Below are positions 34,951 through 35,176 of a stretch of 35,176 nucleotides of DNA, in pieces. A program made the position numbers and the translations under genes. The DNA lies in the IMG/VR virus record IMGVR_UViG_3300030116_002679, positions 1 through 35,176 of that record. One strand, written 5' to 3'. Below the pieces are notes generated by a model, which saw only the letters and a program-made list of their open reading frames with translations, had not been told where the DNA came from and made no database searches. The DNA comes from a virus. Taxonomy: Duplodnaviria > Caudoviricetes. The stretch's first letter is position 1. Each line of letters begins with the position of its first letter.

Positions 34951-35176
34951 TCACCATGATCTGCAGGCCCAATACCTGGCTTTGGTCTTAGGGCCTGGGG
35001 TTGAGCAGCGGTGCCTCTTTCTAAAATTGGCCCGTGCCTTAGGATTAGATTTGCGATTCCGCATTTTGGGATCTCCAAACCTAACAATTTTGACCTTGTC
35101 ACCATCTTTGACATAAACCTTGAACGCCTTGCGCTCACCGCTGGTGCGGATTGGCTTGTTCAATGGCACTTTCTTG
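34951..35176 (-). CDS. Small basic phage protein (DUF6321-like), probably 5'-truncated by the window
   Basis: LNKP...FKVYVK...KIVRFGDPKM...ARANFRKRHRC...ARYWACRSW; frame open to the window edge. Confidence 0.75.
   Translation of the reverse strand, partial: KKVPLNKPIRTSGERKAFKVYVKDGDKVKIVRFGDPKMRNRKSNPKARANFRKRHRCSTPGPKTKARYWACRSW

Larger units (their letters stand above)
1..35176. mobile_element. Temperate podovirus-like phage genome (near complete, unintegrated form with intact attP)
   Basis: Terminase, portal, scaffold, capsid, nozzle, ejection proteins, endolysin, integrase, repressor and an unsplit attP are present. No host genes, tape measure or sheath genes. Confidence 0.95.

Noticed and set aside
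9991-35116. Numerous short plus-strand ORFs in the late region
   Set aside because: Antisense to long, tightly coupled structural genes, with no coding signals of their own.
1-35176. Phage selenoproteins or TGA recoding
   Set aside because: The TGA stops I examined overlap the next start codon (ATGA/TGATG) and end complete-looking proteins. No in-frame continuation or SECIS noticed, though no systematic search was possible.
1-35176. Apparent abundance of CAGCTG/GCAGC words
   Set aside because: Plausibly explained by Gln-Leu and Ala-Ala codon usage; cannot be supported without k-mer statistics.

Overview
Almost the whole genome of a temperate, short-tailed (podovirus-like) dsDNA phage, probably marine judging by its tail-fibre and small-protein families. 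The window opens inside the large terminase gene and ends inside a small basic protein gene, so only the terL nuclease half and a little more appear to be missing. Nearly all genes are on the minus strand. The early block (7001 to 2135) holds VRR-NUC, an ExoVIII/RecE-like nuclease, a second PD-(D/E)xK protein, Bet recombinase, two excisionase-like HTH proteins and a replication initiator with an internal iteron array. Packaging follows (terS, a GNAT-like gene, terL). The late block (35176 to 9493) runs basic peptides, a 1069-aa polyvalent protein with an ADP-ribosyltransferase domain, portal, scaffold, capsid, adaptor, tail fibre and chaperone cassettes, nozzle, three ejection proteins and lysis. 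A short plus-strand lysogeny unit (integrase, then XRE repressor) reads into attP. The most striking feature is that the attP core is the 5' half of a selenocysteine tRNA (anticodon UCA), flanked by six ATRTTCACAA arm repeats and an IHF site. Integration would therefore rebuild the host tRNA-Sec downstream of phage sequence. Two more copies of the arm repeat sit 7.6 kb away, right after terS and near a palindromic pac-like site inside the GNAT gene. All family assignments come from motif recognition by eye; no searches were run.
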